Source of the DNA: Geosiphon pyriformis uo1
Lineage: Eukaryota > Fungi > Glomeromycota
Direction: 5' to 3'
Assembly: GCA_016748015.1 (NCBI GenBank)
Contig: JAAOMT010000502.1
Span: 248,001-312,000, forward strand
DNA: 64,000 nucleotides
Both the position numbers and the translations under genes were made by a program. The notes beneath the pieces are model-generated. The model was not told where the DNA came from. It made no database searches and worked only from the letters and a program-made list of their open reading frames with translations. Of the stretch, positions 1-13,789 are shown piece after piece (positions within the stretch are counted from its first letter, which is position 1; each line of letters begins with the position of its first letter).

Positions 1-20
1 TTTTTAAAAGCAAAATCTTG

Positions 21-1285
21 ATGGGAAATTGTATCTCGATTGATCCGAATCATAACAAAGCTAGTAACAGCGTTGGAGGCCATAATTTTATCTTATTAAA
101 GAATAATAATGATCCCAACACTAATAATGCCACAAAGAGCAATGTTTTTAAGAAATACAAAGATGGAACAACCAAAAAGAATACTGAACAAATATCTTTG
201 GATAAAGCCGATAGTCTACGTTTTCAAATTTTTGAAAACCCCATTTATCCAGTGCCATCTATGGAAGAAAATATGGATCGATTGCAACTACTTCACTATA
301 CCATTCGTTACATATGGCAATCAAACTTTTCATCCCCAATATTGGACCAACTTAAATTTAGTGGTGGCAGAGTTCTTGATATAGGGTTGGGTTCAGGTTT
401 ACTTTCAGTTTCAAATAATTGTTCTGATATTTTATTCTATTTATAACATCTGCTTTGCTTCAAAATAAAATATTCAATCAGTTGTGGAAATGGTACATGG
501 GCATTAGAAATAGCTAACGATTTCCCTAAAACAACTGTCATTGGATTGGACTTGAAGAAGATTCCAAAGGATCAAAAAAAAACTGAGAATTTAGCGTTTT
601 TTGAAGCCGATGTTTTGGATGGGTTACCATTCGAAGATTGTACATTTGATCTGGTTCATATTCGTCATTTAGTGAATGCATTTACATCTACACAATGGGA
701 GCGTAATGTCATTCCAGAAATGGTTCGCGTGACAAAACCGGGAGGATGGATAGAGATCTGTGAGACAGATCTGAAATTCTTTAATGATGGTCCAACATCC
801 CAAAAATTAATGAGTGCATGTAAGCTTCATCTTTAAATTAATTTCTCTAATTTTATGATTCATACTAAAATTGAAACTCAAAATATTTAAAATAGTTCGA
901 ACATTAAATCAAAGTCAGGGCGTTATGACAATTATTACACCATTCATTCCAAAGTTTATTCAAGCCACCAAACAGACTACTCACATTCAAACCATGACAA
1001 GAGATGTCCCAATTGGAAGCTGGGCAGGCAATACTGGCTTAATGGCAATAAAAGACACGGTAAATATTTATTTCGCGCTTTTTCTACTTAAAAGATCTAA
1101 AGAAAAGCCAATTAAATACTCTGCCTTTTTTTGAGATTCTAACATTTAATGCAGCTCCAAATCTTGCGGCAATTCTCAATGTCAGTCAAGAAAAATTCGC
1201 GGAGCTTCTCAATGAAATGACCGACGAAATGGATAAAAATCGAGCATTTTATCGTAATTTTAGATTTTATGCTCAAAAAATATGA
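21..1285 (+). CDS. Class I SAM-dependent methyltransferase (LaeA-like / Methyltransf_23-25 type), 4 exons
   Basis: Joining ORFs 18-446, 546-836 and 871-1134 across GT-AG introns gives YPVP..ENMDRLQLLH, motif I VLDIG|CGNGTWALEIANDFPKTTVIGLD, LPFEDCTFDLVHIR, EMVRVTKPGGWIEICE and C-terminal FRFYAQKI* (TGA 1283-1285). N-terminus is MGNCIS. Confidence 0.88.
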
Positions 1286-4200
1286 TCCCTTCCCGTCCAT
1301 TTACTCAAACCTTAAAATAAGGCTCTAAAGAAGTCTTTTGCTTTATATATCTTATGATTCTATCTTACGATGCGACTAGTACATTAATCATTCCACCCCC
1401 CCCCCCCACCCCCATTTTAATACCTTATACTTTTATTCATTCAAAAAGTTTATTTAAAGAACTATAAGAATTTTTATTATTCAGGACAAAAGAAGACTTG
1501 AGAGCTTTTATGTCTTTGAAAATAAGACTAATATTATTATTATTCGGCTTTTTAGAAGATGTAAAAATACGTATTTATGAGAAAAAGTTCTTCTATTCCC
1601 TTCTTAATCTTCCGCTTAAGATAAAATTGTAATATTTGTTAAAACAATACTGGATAAAATATTGTTACATGTTTACAAGATTCTAAAAAGCATATGTATT
1701 TGGGAAACAAATTATAGCAATCTATAAAGGGATCAAACTTAAAAGATTCACAATAAGGAAATAGTTCATTAAGTGTTAACAAATTCAAAAAGTTTTAACA
1801 AAAAAATTTTATATCCATTTATTTTTGATCAATCAAAGTAAATTGGATAAATAAATTTATTCATCAATTTACATGATACAATTGAAAAATTATCGAGCTT
1901 CAGAAAAGATTCAGGATTCAGTTATATGGGAGATTCTCTTATTTTCCAAAATTAGCATGAAACCTGAAATCAAAATAGTTTTCTTAAATGATTTCCAAGT
2001 AGAAAATGATTTATCGGGTTCTTTTCTAGAAACTTGATCAAAATGGTATCACAAGATTAATTTTGTTTTGATAATTCAACTGAAGCCAAAAAAGTGGTTC
2101 ACAAATTAATAAAATGATACTAATGTCTATTATAAAACTTTATATACAGAAATGGTATGCTCTTTTTTTTAAATCGAGTTTTATGATAAGAATGTTTTAT
2201 ATCTAATTTCCAATTTGAAATTACAATGATGAAAAAATTCATTTACAACACAAACCGTTTTTATTTATATTTAGTTTTTAAATTAACCAATGGAAAAACT
2301 TCTCAATTGGAAAGAAATAATTTTGAAGCCTTTAAGAATCAATTGAAGAAGTTTTACAATTTAAAATATCTTTAGTTGACTTCCAACACAAAATAAATTC
2401 TTTTGAAGATTTTATCTCGAACTTTATTTAAACATCTTTTACATTGTTATCCATTAAGTTTTTCTTGAATGAAAGCTTCTCACATTACACAATCTAAACC
2501 AGCTTGATAATTGATAAGAGCGAAAACAACTTGGATATAATTTTTAACTTTTTACTTCGAGGTAATGATAAAAGAGAAGTAGTTCCTGTGATCAAAGTGA
2601 AAGCAACCTGTTAATTGAATGGTATACCCAGAATTTTGGCACTCTCGAAGTTAAATTTCAAATGGAGAAATCAAAGGGTGAAGGGTATGAAGTTTTTGAA
2701 ATCATAAAAATAAAATTTTGTTTAACAATTAGATTTTCCATTTTGTAAATGAAGTCACTACTTTAGAGATTTTTACCCATTTAGTCTTCCATAGACTATT
2801 GCTCTAGACTAAAAGATAAAGGCACAAAATTGCAAGTGGATTTTATTTCATGTGCATTTTGAATTAGTGTTACAATATGAGCTTTTTTTTCAAACAATTT
2901 ACCCAGAGCTCGTAAACAAAATAAAGGATAAATGATTTTTATGCAAGAGCGATCTTTCAAGCATTCAAAATGTAACTTATCCTTGTACCTGGTTACAGTT
3001 CTCCACTATTCTAAAACACAAATTTTAAATATCAGGTAAACAAACTAGTGTTGGTGAACAAAGAAATTTTAAATAGGATTTGAGCGACGTCCGAATTTTT
3101 CAATCACAAAGATCTCAGTTTTCATATATTAATTTAAGTAAAGTAAAATAAATCTGAAATTGGTTCAGACATAATATATTGATTTTTAAAAAATTGAAAT
3201 CTCTAGATTTGCTCTTCTTTTTTAATCCAATAGCAATAATTTGGAGACATTCTTTTACATGTTTAAATGGTTATTAAGTTCCCCGATTTCAAGAAAAAGT
3301 CCCATTCAAAATACTTTTCAACCCGTTAATAACATGATATTCATGTTACATCTTGCAAATACAAGTTTCTAGAATGGTGTCAATTAAAACTTTAAATCTA
3401 CTTTAATAAAGTCTTGCATTAACACAGAAAAAGAATCTCTATTTTGAGACTACGTTGATTCGACTAAGGGGGATAATGTCTTTACAGTAACTTATGGTTC
3501 GTCAACCTTTGCTAAGGATTTTATATGACCTTTTTACCGGACTTTAATTATACACACCTGACGACTTTATTAAAAAATTTTATAATTCTTAATTAAACTA
3601 TTATTTTTTTCAGTAACATTTATTATTACTTTAAATTACATTATCATTCCAAGTTAATCATCTTTGTAATTAAAATCATTATTATTTTATTAATTATTTA
3701 ATCATTTAATCATTTTCTATTTACATTATAGTGTTATAAGTTAGAATAACAGATAACAAAAAGAATAGTTATTGTATGAAAATAAAAGCAAATAAGAAAA
3801 ATTTGAACTAAAAAATGAATTGAATGTGTAATAAATTCAATTAATATGATTAATCTTAAAATTACAGTTGCTAAATATTGAAAAATAGTTTGTAATTATA
3901 AACAAAAAATAACACAGTTGCTATAATTTTATGTCTCAATTAGCATTCTTAGAATTTAATAAAAAGTATTATTTGTTTTTTACCCAATAAATTATTTCTA
4001 AATTAACAAAGAAAAAAAAATATTTTTATTTCTTTATCTTAAAATGTCTAAATTAAAAAAATTGAAGTATAAGAATAATAAATGTGAATTGAATTACAAA
4101 TATTTAAATAGTTAAATCCATTTTACAACTTTGAAAAGTTTCATTTATATAGTTATTAAAAAAACAAATAAACAAATAAATAATTTGGTCTATAATTAAG

Positions 4201-5590
4201 TTAATAATTAAATTAACAACTAATTTAAAAATAAAGTAGCTAAGTATATGATAATACTTTTTTGTTTGTTTAAATATTATTTATAAAATTAATAAACATT
4301 TATTAATATATTGTTATTTTTGACATTTTTATTTAATAAGAATTTTAATATTTTTATTCTTATATATATTAAGTTTATTGTTAACTTAATTATTAATTTA
4401 TTTCAAACAAAATTCTTGAAGCTGTAAAAAATTATGTTAAACAAAAAAATGAGTTTATAGTTTATTTTTCAAATGTAATTTTTTTTTAATTTTTCAGCTG
4501 AATTATTAACTTAATTGCTAATTTGACTATTGGTTTTTGATTTATTAAATATATACAATTTATTTTGTAAAGTATCAAATTTTTAATTAAATTAGTTTGC
4601 AATTTTTTTGAATTAATATATTTTTTTTTTAAAATATATTTATTAAAACTATTTTGAAGTGTAAAAAAATTGTTATTTTAATTTATTTGATAAATAATTT
4701 TTAAATAAAAAATACTTATTATTTGATTTTAAAAATATTAATTAAATCATAAAAATTGTATTACTTTTTAATTGAAATTAATATACCAAATTTATTTCTT
4801 TTAGCTAAATTATTTATATATTTAATTCGAAAATTTTTCAATTTAATTTTTTTGTCTTAAATTATAAATTATTTTTTCTTATTAATTAATTTTTAATTTA
4901 TTTTGTAACAGTAATATTTTTTAAAAAAATATCAAAGTAAAAATTTAGTTTAATAATTTAAAAAGGTTATTTTTTAAAAAAAATTAAGGTATCTATACTT
5001 GTTTATAACTTTTAATTTTTTTGATATATATTAAAATATTTGAAAGTTTAAAATAAAGGAATTTTGATAAATAATTTTGACAAAATTTTTTACAAATAAA
5101 AAATAATAATATTAAAAAATTTTATATGACTCAATTAATTGTTATTGTTATTTGTAAAAAAAATTAAAAAATATTAATTATTGAAAAAAGTATTTAATTT
5201 GATTTTGTTAGTTTTTATCTTAATCTTATATCGCAAATAAGAAATTTGAAAAATAATATTATTTTGCGTTAATATTTTTATTTATTCATAATTAATTCAA
5301 TCTTCTTTATTAGTTTTTTTTTTATTAATGTTTTTTAAAATTGAAAAAATAAAAATATTCTTCTTTAGTATTTCAAAAATTTGTGGAATTTCATTTCCTT
5401 TATTTTAGAAAAAATTTCTCAATTAGATGAAATATAGTCATTTTAAATATTATTTACAGAAATTTGGCTACAGAAAGGGTGAAAAAAAATGTTTAAATAA
5501 GAAAAATAAGACACAATATACACTAAAAAGTAATCAAAAACTTTAATGTCATAAAAAATTACAAAAAACAGTAGTTAAGATAAAACGACA

Positions 5591-6547
5591 TTATTTAAAG
5601 CATGACCATCGTTTTACTTGGTTAAAAATTATGAGAAAGCGAGGTAGAGTTGCCTTCAAGAAAAAAAGTTTACATTAGAAATTGTGAGAAAGTAGCATTA
5701 ATTCAAATTTGCAAAGAGTCAAATAAAAGGCTTACCTCATTTTTATCTACAATTTTGATTGTTGCTTTGTCACTTGAGATAACATCAACGACAAACATTC
5801 CGAAATAACGACTCGATTGGTCGCAATATCCTCTTGAGATGTTTGGGTCGCTTGAAAACCACATTTCTACCATAAAAAGATAGAAGGTAAAATTATTTTA
5901 AAGAAACTAGACCTTGATAATAATTTATCAAATGAACACCTACTGTTCCCATGACGAGATAATGAAGTCTTATTGCCTTCTTTTGCAATACCACATACAC
6001 CACAAGATGGTAAATTACAAAGCTCCCCCTTGGTAATAATTTTTCTAGCATCACAAGCTAACCTAGTTCCATGATACATCTCGTGGACTGAACTTTCCTT
6101 CGTGTTAATATTAGTATTTATGATTTCCTTAAATTCCCTGTATTCAAAATGTGCTCGTGTAATATCAGCAGGCATTTGTAATCTCAGAATTCGCTTAATT
6201 TTAAATTTTTGCCCATTGGAACGAAAAGGTTCAGCGATTCGGTGATAATCGGAATCACTTTTACCCACAAATGTTAGTTTTGTCTCCTTTAGTTCACCAG
6301 CTTCTGCCCAGAAACAATCCTTGCTACAATAAGCATCATACGTTTTGCGATATCTTCTTCGAAAAGTTCGTGTTAGATTTTCGCATTCTTTACGTTGACA
6401 TAGGCCCTTTTTTCGATTTGAATCCAAGGATTTATCGAGTCCAAATGAGGAATCACTATCTGAAGACGGCTCTTGAACTGGGTTTGGTGTTATATAAGCT
6501 GGCGCTATTGGTGGTGAAGGTGGAGTTTCAGTTGCGACAGGATTCAT
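5591..6547 (-). CDS. PARP-like ADP-ribosyltransferase-fold protein, paralog A (one N-terminal Zn-finger-like unit), 3 exons
   Basis: ATG at 6547. CQRKEC...YCSKDC, ILRLQMP, MYHGT-RLAC...LCNLPSCGVCGI; intron; KMWFSSDPNISRGYC...MFVVDV...IVDKNE; intron; ATLPRFLIIF...FK* (stop 5591-5593). Motif order matches the ART/PARP catalytic core. Confidence 0.8.
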
Positions 6548-8503
6548 TATGTAATGTGGTAGCAAATAGATTCTTTTGTTAATTAGAACAAGGTTTTAAA
6601 AAATTTCTACGAGAAAATATAATTGGAGATTATATCGAAATAAATAATTGAAATCGGTTAAATTATTTGATTTTGAAAAATTTGTAAAATTCAAAACGCC
6701 ATTTAATTATATGCAAAACTGGAAAGCAAGACCGTTTTCATGATAAATAAATAGTCATCACATAATTTGGCGCAGAAAATAACAGTGATAGATGAGCAGC
6801 AGCAGCAACAACATCATCGTACAAACTCATCCCCTGTGAAACTTGGCTTCCATCCTTCTCATTTTAAAGTCAGGTAAGGGGATGAATTTTTATGCAACAC
6901 AAGTACAAATTTTCTATTTCTTAAAAGTATGATCTATTATTGCTACGTTATTTTAGGTGGAAAGTTTTTCCGATGATATTTATTAGAATAGTAAATTGGG
7001 TCTTCAGCCCTGAAAAGGTGTCAATCAATGGAGTCTATCTGTAATGAAGTGAATCTATTTAATCTTGGGTATTTTAAATTTCGCGAGGTAATAGAGATTC
7101 TACGTTTTTATTCAATTATTCTAATGTTTCTATTAATAAATGCAAATCATTTATAGCAGACCACAAAAGCTTACGAGTTAACCAAAAAGATTATATAGAG
7201 GTATGTAACATTTCTCTAAAGTAAAATTTCCCCTGAATGTTATGAGAAATTTGAAAAACCATTTAGATTTGACAAATAAGAGAATTTTATGAATCATTCC
7301 ATTTAAAAGAATTAAGAAGACCCTACTTATGTAATAACTTTACTTAATGGATATTAAGTGAAAGGTATATTAAAATAAAAAAGTCCTAAATAAAAGTCGG
7401 ATGTAGATATTTTATCCAATTTAATTTTGAAATTTAACATTGTAAATAATTTTTTTTGCTTCATATCTAATAAATCAAGATTGATATTCTATTTAATTTA
7501 AATCCCAACAATTTTGTTATAATTTCTCATCTCAGGGTTGATAAAATATCTAGTAATAGAAATGAGAGTAGTATAAATAATATAAAATTGAACTTTCTAC
7601 CCTCTCTCAGGAAAGCATACAGAAATCTGCAACATTTTTATTTGAATTACGGAATATATAATTTTGGTAAAATTCTTCCGTGATAATAACCAATAGGATC
7701 ATACGCAGCGATATCACTTATGATGGGATGCAGAGCCCCAATTTTATGGATGGTGTGATGCTTGATATACGCAGTCTCAGTGGGGAAGAAATTTCGATAC
7801 AAATGTGGGATATAGTATAACAATGTTGCGCAAATTCTGCAAAATATATCAGTAACCTAATCTGTGTTCTATTTTGGGATCGTCGCCTCATATTTACGTA
7901 GTAAAATTTTAAATTCCCTTTGTTTATTTGCTAGAAACAATTTCTCAATTGATTAAATTTAGGACATACATCCCCAACAGCTTTTGTGAAGATAAATTTT
8001 TTTTTAAAAAGATTCCGAAGAAAACTGGGTACCTGGATGATTCATAAAAATAACATTTATAAAAAATTTACATAAATAATTTCCGAGCAATACAAAGAAT
8101 AGAATTTTATTTTAAAAGGTTTCTAAGAAACCTGTCGTACAATCTCACAATACATTTAGAGACGTAAAATTTAAATTATTTGAGCATTTTGATTGTAAAA
8201 AAAAATTCAAAGTGGGTTAAAAACTTTAACTAATATTATGAATCTAAATTGTCTTCTTTTAAAAAAATTTTTGGATTAGGTAAAGTGCCGCTTCTGTCTC
8301 TGATTTGCAAAAAAAAAATTATCTCATTCATAAGCCACATATTTATCCTTATTTTTTTTTCACCCATAAATTTTCCATAATTTTATAGAGTTCAAGGAAA
8401 ATATAACTATTTAACTCGTAGCTGGATTTGTACAAAATATGAAATCATTATTTAATTACCATTGAACGAAGCTTAAATATTATATGTAAATAAACCCCTA
8501 TAT

Positions 8504-9341
8504 TCAATTCTTTTTCTTGATATACATCACATCTTGTATAGCACCGGCTAAATTTGCATTAACATCTTCAGGCAATGGTCCAGATCCAATTGCATTCCCA
8601 TTGTTACTTGGGTCTCCTTCGGGTGTAAAATTTAATCCAAAGGTTGGCTCAAAATTAACTTTCATAATATCTCGTTCAGGCAACGTAATACTAGTTTTCC
8701 CTATGATCTTGACATCGGCACAATTCTGATAGAACTCTCGTAATCCCAAGTTGTTTACCCAAACCCATGAAAAAATGCATTGTCCTGGTAAATTGCAGGA
8801 TGGAGCATTTTCAGGAATTTTAACGGGCCAAGTGTACCAAACATCTGGGCAAGTTCGATGATACGCCGCGATTACAGTATAAACCTGACCCCCATCATAA
8901 CTTAAAGCAAATTCGCAACGACCTCCATTATGTCTGGCTTGATTGTCTTGCTTGGTAGCACTGGAATTTTTTGGGTCGACATTTGGATTCCAAAATTCCA
9001 CATTTATTATATCACCAGCTGTTAATGTTGTGACGATTTCTAAGTCTTGAGGGTACCCACCGCAAGGAAATTTCTTTTTGGAACAAATGGAGCTGTTTCC
9101 ATTTAAAGGTGCTATTACGCATACACCGGCATCTATGGCTTTATTGGGGTTCTTTTAATCACAAGTGAAAAAAAAATCGTTCAAGTTAGTGCTTTTAGAT
9201 AGAATTTTCTATTAACGGAAGGAAGCTCACAAGTGGATGTCCTCGAGTTGGCGGATATGACATAGACATATGACCAAATATAGGGACAGTTATATAAACC
9301 AAGCATCCTATAAATGATAAGAATGTATTTTTCCAGAGCAT
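8504..9341 (-). CDS. Secreted lytic polysaccharide monooxygenase, AA11-like, 2 exons
   Basis: ATG 9341: MLWKNTFLSFIGCLVYITVPIFG|HMSMSYPPTRGHP (signal peptide then His1), FPCGG, RHNGGRCEFALSYDGG, FSWVWVNNLGLREFYQNCADV. These match AA11 signature motifs (His brace plus axial Tyr). Confidence 0.8.
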
Positions 9342-10723
9342 TTGATTTGAATTAAGTGCAAATGACAGTAAAAAATATTCTCGAAATAAAAATCAATAAA
9401 ATTTATGCTTAAAGGCCAGCAAGTAATTGTTGATGATACTTATATTATTTTAAAATTTGTATCATATAACACGAAGACTTCACCAATATCCTCGTCCCAC
9501 ATCTGGAGTCACAGATCTCTTGGAAAAGAAGATTACTCAAGATAGTAAAGCTGTGCCATTTACTTGGCAAAACTGCGTTAAATATGCACGTTAAAGTATG
9601 CTTTGCTCATTTAAACATCTTAAAAATGATGGATGCATTTTAACTCATTTTTATATGATCTGTTTTTTACTATATTTGTCTTTGACTATTGCCAGAATTT
9701 TAAACATTGATTTCTAATAAAAAATAATTAACAGGAAAAAGAATCATTAAAATTCTAATTCTAAATTACTTGAAACGAAAAAATTTTATTATTTCATGGC
9801 ATCAAACTTAATGATTGAAGATGCTAAAATATATTAATCTCAAGTTAGTTTTAAGAAATGTTTACAAAAAAATATATTGTAAAGAATAAACGTTGGAAAA
9901 ATCTTATAAACCTTTTATCTTCCTTTCTATTTTTGAAAATTTTGTCCATGGTTTACAAGCCATTTATCCAAAGAATAATAGCATTTATCATTAAAAGGAG
10001 TAAAAAACTAAAAATTGATCAGATTCATCAACACCAACTTCTGTTCTCAATAAAATTTCCCATTCCTAGATGTTTCCTTTTTTCTTAATAAATTGAGAAT
10101 GCTTTTTAGAAACTAATCACAAGACATAAATTATAATAATAAATAAATTACTTGCAAATGATTCTCACAACTGATAAGAGCGTTTCATAATATTTTAAAT
10201 TTTTTCGAGAAATATTCCCTAATATTGAAAATTGTTCAATATTCAAATCGTTTTTTTCGTTAATTGAATCTCTGCTAAAAAAAATTTGATTTTATAATCT
10301 ATCTAAAACGGAAAATACTTGGTTTTCAAATAAAAAACCAGATATAAATATTTACGTGAATGGAATTTTCTTTTGATTCCAAAATATTTTCAGGTCTATA
10401 GCTCAATAGAATATATATATATTAAATGCATATTAAAAACTATAAAATTGTTTACTATGATGTTTCCTTTAGAAATTTCCGGGTATGCTGTAAAATGAGC
10501 ATTTTTGTATTTCTCTCCTGCTGATTGAGCTTAAATGAAGAATTATTGTGTCAAATTATCCAGAATTAGTATCTTTGGTTTTTAAATCTGAGTGCTTTCA
10601 ACCAATGGAATTTTTACTCGTTTAAAATTTAGTATGTTAGATCTGGCCCAAGAGTACTTAACAGAAGTGGAAAAATACCTTGCACCTTGTCAGTAGCCTT
10701 TGATTTCTTTGACTTTGGTTTTT

Positions 10724-10750
10724 TTGTTTGTTTGTTTGTTTGTTTGTTTT
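10724..10750. repeat. (TTTG)n microsatellite
   Basis: tttgtttgtttgtttgtttgttt read directly. Confidence 0.85.
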
Positions 10751-11575
10751 TGTGTTTATAGCTCGGCTATGATACTAATTTGGAGTCAATTTGGTTGGGT
10801 TTCAGTCCTTTTTTGGAATTAGGACTTGGGCAATATAAATTCTTTTTCTCCAAGGCTTTTAGCGAAATTCATATTTGAGATAAGCTTCGATTTTGTAGTG
10901 AAGAGAAACTGGCAGAGGCGATACGAGAAATGTTTAAGAAACAGCTTGTCTCGTAAATTAAGCTAAAATGGTATAATCATTACTTTGAACGCTTCAAACT
11001 TTCAAACTAGTTTAAAATATGAATGAATTTGATGAATCAAAGTCTTTATGTGACAACTTTGACATTTAGCCCGTATCGGTTGATGCAGATTGCCCAAATA
11101 AAGTCAAACCTCTAGATCATCAAATGAAAATCCATTATAAACAGTTGTTTTGCGTACTGTTTTGTTTTTTTATAAAGATTTCAAATTTTGAACAAATTAT
11201 AACCCCAGTTACAACTAGTTAAAATATCATCTTTAATTCATTTATATTGCGTAAAATTATGCTTTAGACAAAAATAATATTAATATAATTTAGATTTTAA
11301 AATAAAAATTAAGGTTATTTTTATTTATTGATATTAAAAAAATTGAAATAGTTTAATTTTTATTATACAAAAATTAGTATTTTAATAATTAAAATATAAT
11401 CTTATATTTAAATTTATAATCAATTTGAACATTTATCTTATTAATTTAAGCAATTGCAAAAAATATTTAGAAAAAAAGAATATTAAAAAATTAATTAAAA
11501 ATTAGTATTGAAAAAAAAAAAAAATTTTTAATAACTAAGTGATTGTTATTTTTATCATAATAATATAAGATCACG

Positions 11576-11670
11576 TGTAGAAAAAGCATGAGCCACGCTT
11601 AATTTAGAGTTTTGTTTGATTTTATATCCTTAGGTAGTGGTTGCACTTGTAAAACAATAATAAAAATAAT
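11576..11670 (+). mobile_element. Extremely 5'-truncated LINE 3'-UTR fragment with A-rich tail
   Basis: tgtagaaaaagcatgagccacgcttaatttagag...taggtagtggttgcacttgtaaaac closely matches the LINE 3' UTR at ~60418-60505. Confidence 0.75.
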
Positions 11671-12776
11671 ATAATATAAAAATTATAATTAAGCTTATAG
11701 TTTTTTTGATTTTATTTAAAAATGCTTAATGTTAATAAATGGTTGATTATATTATTTTAATAAAACAATACATATTAAATTTCTAATTTTGTGTATAAAT
11801 TTAAAAATTTTTTTACAAAATAATAATTTTTGAAACTATTTATAATAACACATTATTTTTTTAAATATATTTTGTAATTATATCTCATACTATTTTTTTT
11901 ATTCATTAGTTCAAATAATTAATACAATAATATACCAATTTTTATTTTTTTATTTATTAAGCATATTACAAGTGTAGTCTAACCACTATCTAAACTATAG
12001 CAATATACAAAATCTTATATTAAACATGGCTTATGTGCTTCTTATACGTAACTAGCCACTCGGGCCAATCAAGACAACACTAGACACTCAAAACACCAAT
12101 AACTGGAAATTCTTCTAAAAAACTGAAATGTGTACTGAACAAGTGAGGATGTAAACCATAGCATATGTAAATACCTAATCTGATACCAAAATCAAAAATC
12201 ACTTTGGAAGACCACAAGGAAGCCAAATCAGATACTACTGATATTGTGGACTCATCACATAGCAAAAAATCATGCTTCTCATAAAGCACTCTCAACTTGG
12301 TAGTCAGCAGCCATATAGCAGATCTATGACCCTTAGTGAAACCATGGACTAAGCCAATAACCAGAGATTTACTGTTAGAGCTACTGCCCAGCAGATGCGA
12401 CATATCAGCCACCCAATTTTTCAAAACAAATCCTTTGGCTAAAAACATATATAAACTATCCAACAATTCAGCCTTCTGCAGAGAGCAAATCACCACATTA
12501 TCAGAAGAAAAAACACCAAGCTCGATAACCCAACTATCAATAGTCTTTAAAATCAACTTATTTTTAGCACTAGCATCTTGAATACAAGAGAATGTGTGAT
12601 TGGAATCCTCAACCAACCCACATCAAATACACAGCACACTCAGATAATTTGAATTATAAAGCCTTTTCCTCTTTGCTATCAGAAAGTGGTTGTGAATGGC
12701 CTTCATGAAGTAGGACCAAATAGACACAGAAGAATGGCTGGTAAAGCTTGATCAAAATCAACTATTAGGATGCCAC

Positions 12777-13789
12777 TGTTACTAGTAGAATTTTAGCTAT
12801 TAATTAGCATGAAATTATTCTTATAATTCCTATCAGTAATTAACATGTTAATATCAATCCAAATTATCACTTATTATTTAATCAATTTATCACATATCAC
12901 GATTCAATTAATAATCTAATTAGTACAACAGAAAGTAAGATGATCAAATTACACAATACCCTGAACTTTGTAACATTCTAAAAATTCGCCAAAATTTACA
13001 GAAATTCGCCAAAATTTATATGAAATTCGCCGAAATTTATAGAAATTCGCCGAAATTATGAATAGTTCATCCAAATTAATCAATAGTTCAGCAAAATAAC
13101 TTGTATTTTATCAAAATGTATCTTTAGTTTGCCAAAATTTGAGCAAAGAGAAAAAGTGCAAATTCATAGACTAGTACTACAACAAGTTATATAAAAGAAG
13201 AGCTTTTTTCTTCAAGAAAATGTATCTTACTTTAGATTTATCACTTAGAACCATTCCTACACACACAAAAAGAAATAAATATTAAATAATTTAAAAAACC
13301 AAATTCTTTAATTATTGCACTTGGAAAATCCCCAAAACCCAACTAACATTTTGAAATTGATTAGCTACCAATTTCAGTAAACTGTTAGTAACTCTAGGCC
13401 TGGATAGAAAACGTTTCCCTTGATAAAATCCTATTTCTTTTACATTTCTTTTATTTTTCTTTTATTTTTTTATTACAATCATTAGGGTAGCCTATAGACA
13501 AGATTCCTGTAGAAAAATTAACTTTTACAGCAAAGTAACTACACATTTTTAGTGAGCTTCCAAACGAGCAATTCTTGGGAAAGAGTTGACATTTACTACA
13601 ACGTAACTACATAAAGTAACTGGCAAGAAATTGGCCATTCCACTTATAAGCCCAGCAAGTTCAAATTATAGAAGATAATTTGAAGATAAATTCAGTTATT
13701 AGAGGTCCAACTACTTCCTAGAAATGTGAATTCACAGCAAATCAACATTAACAACATTCAAGAAGAGAGACCAAAAACCTCCAGTAACA
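12777..13789 (+). repeat. 5' LTR
   Basis: Direct repeat of 21665-22677; starts tgttac, ends gtaaca. Confidence 0.95.
12981..13060 (+). repeat. ~20-21-bp tandem repeat inside the LTR (aaattcgcc(a/g)aaattta...) x4; also at ~21869-21948
   Basis: Four aattcgcc units visible in each LTR. Confidence 0.85.

Noticed and set aside
1393-1413. C-run as a functional G-quadruplex
   Set aside because: Simple homopolymer-like tract with no supporting evidence.
1900-3500. Possible decayed gene downstream of the methyltransferase
   Set aside because: Short protein-like stretches, but no recognisable motif or continuous frame.
9858-10088. Short ORFs in AT-rich intergenic DNA (also 30323, 35327, 42157, 44248, 47663, 49028, 52334, 55878, 61339)
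   Set aside because: Composition is dominated by K/I/F/N from AT-rich codons, there are no motifs, and several use non-ATG starts; likely chance ORFs.
12981-13060. Short repeats as a CRISPR or iteron array
   Set aside because: No spacers; the repeats lie within both LTRs of a retrotransposon.
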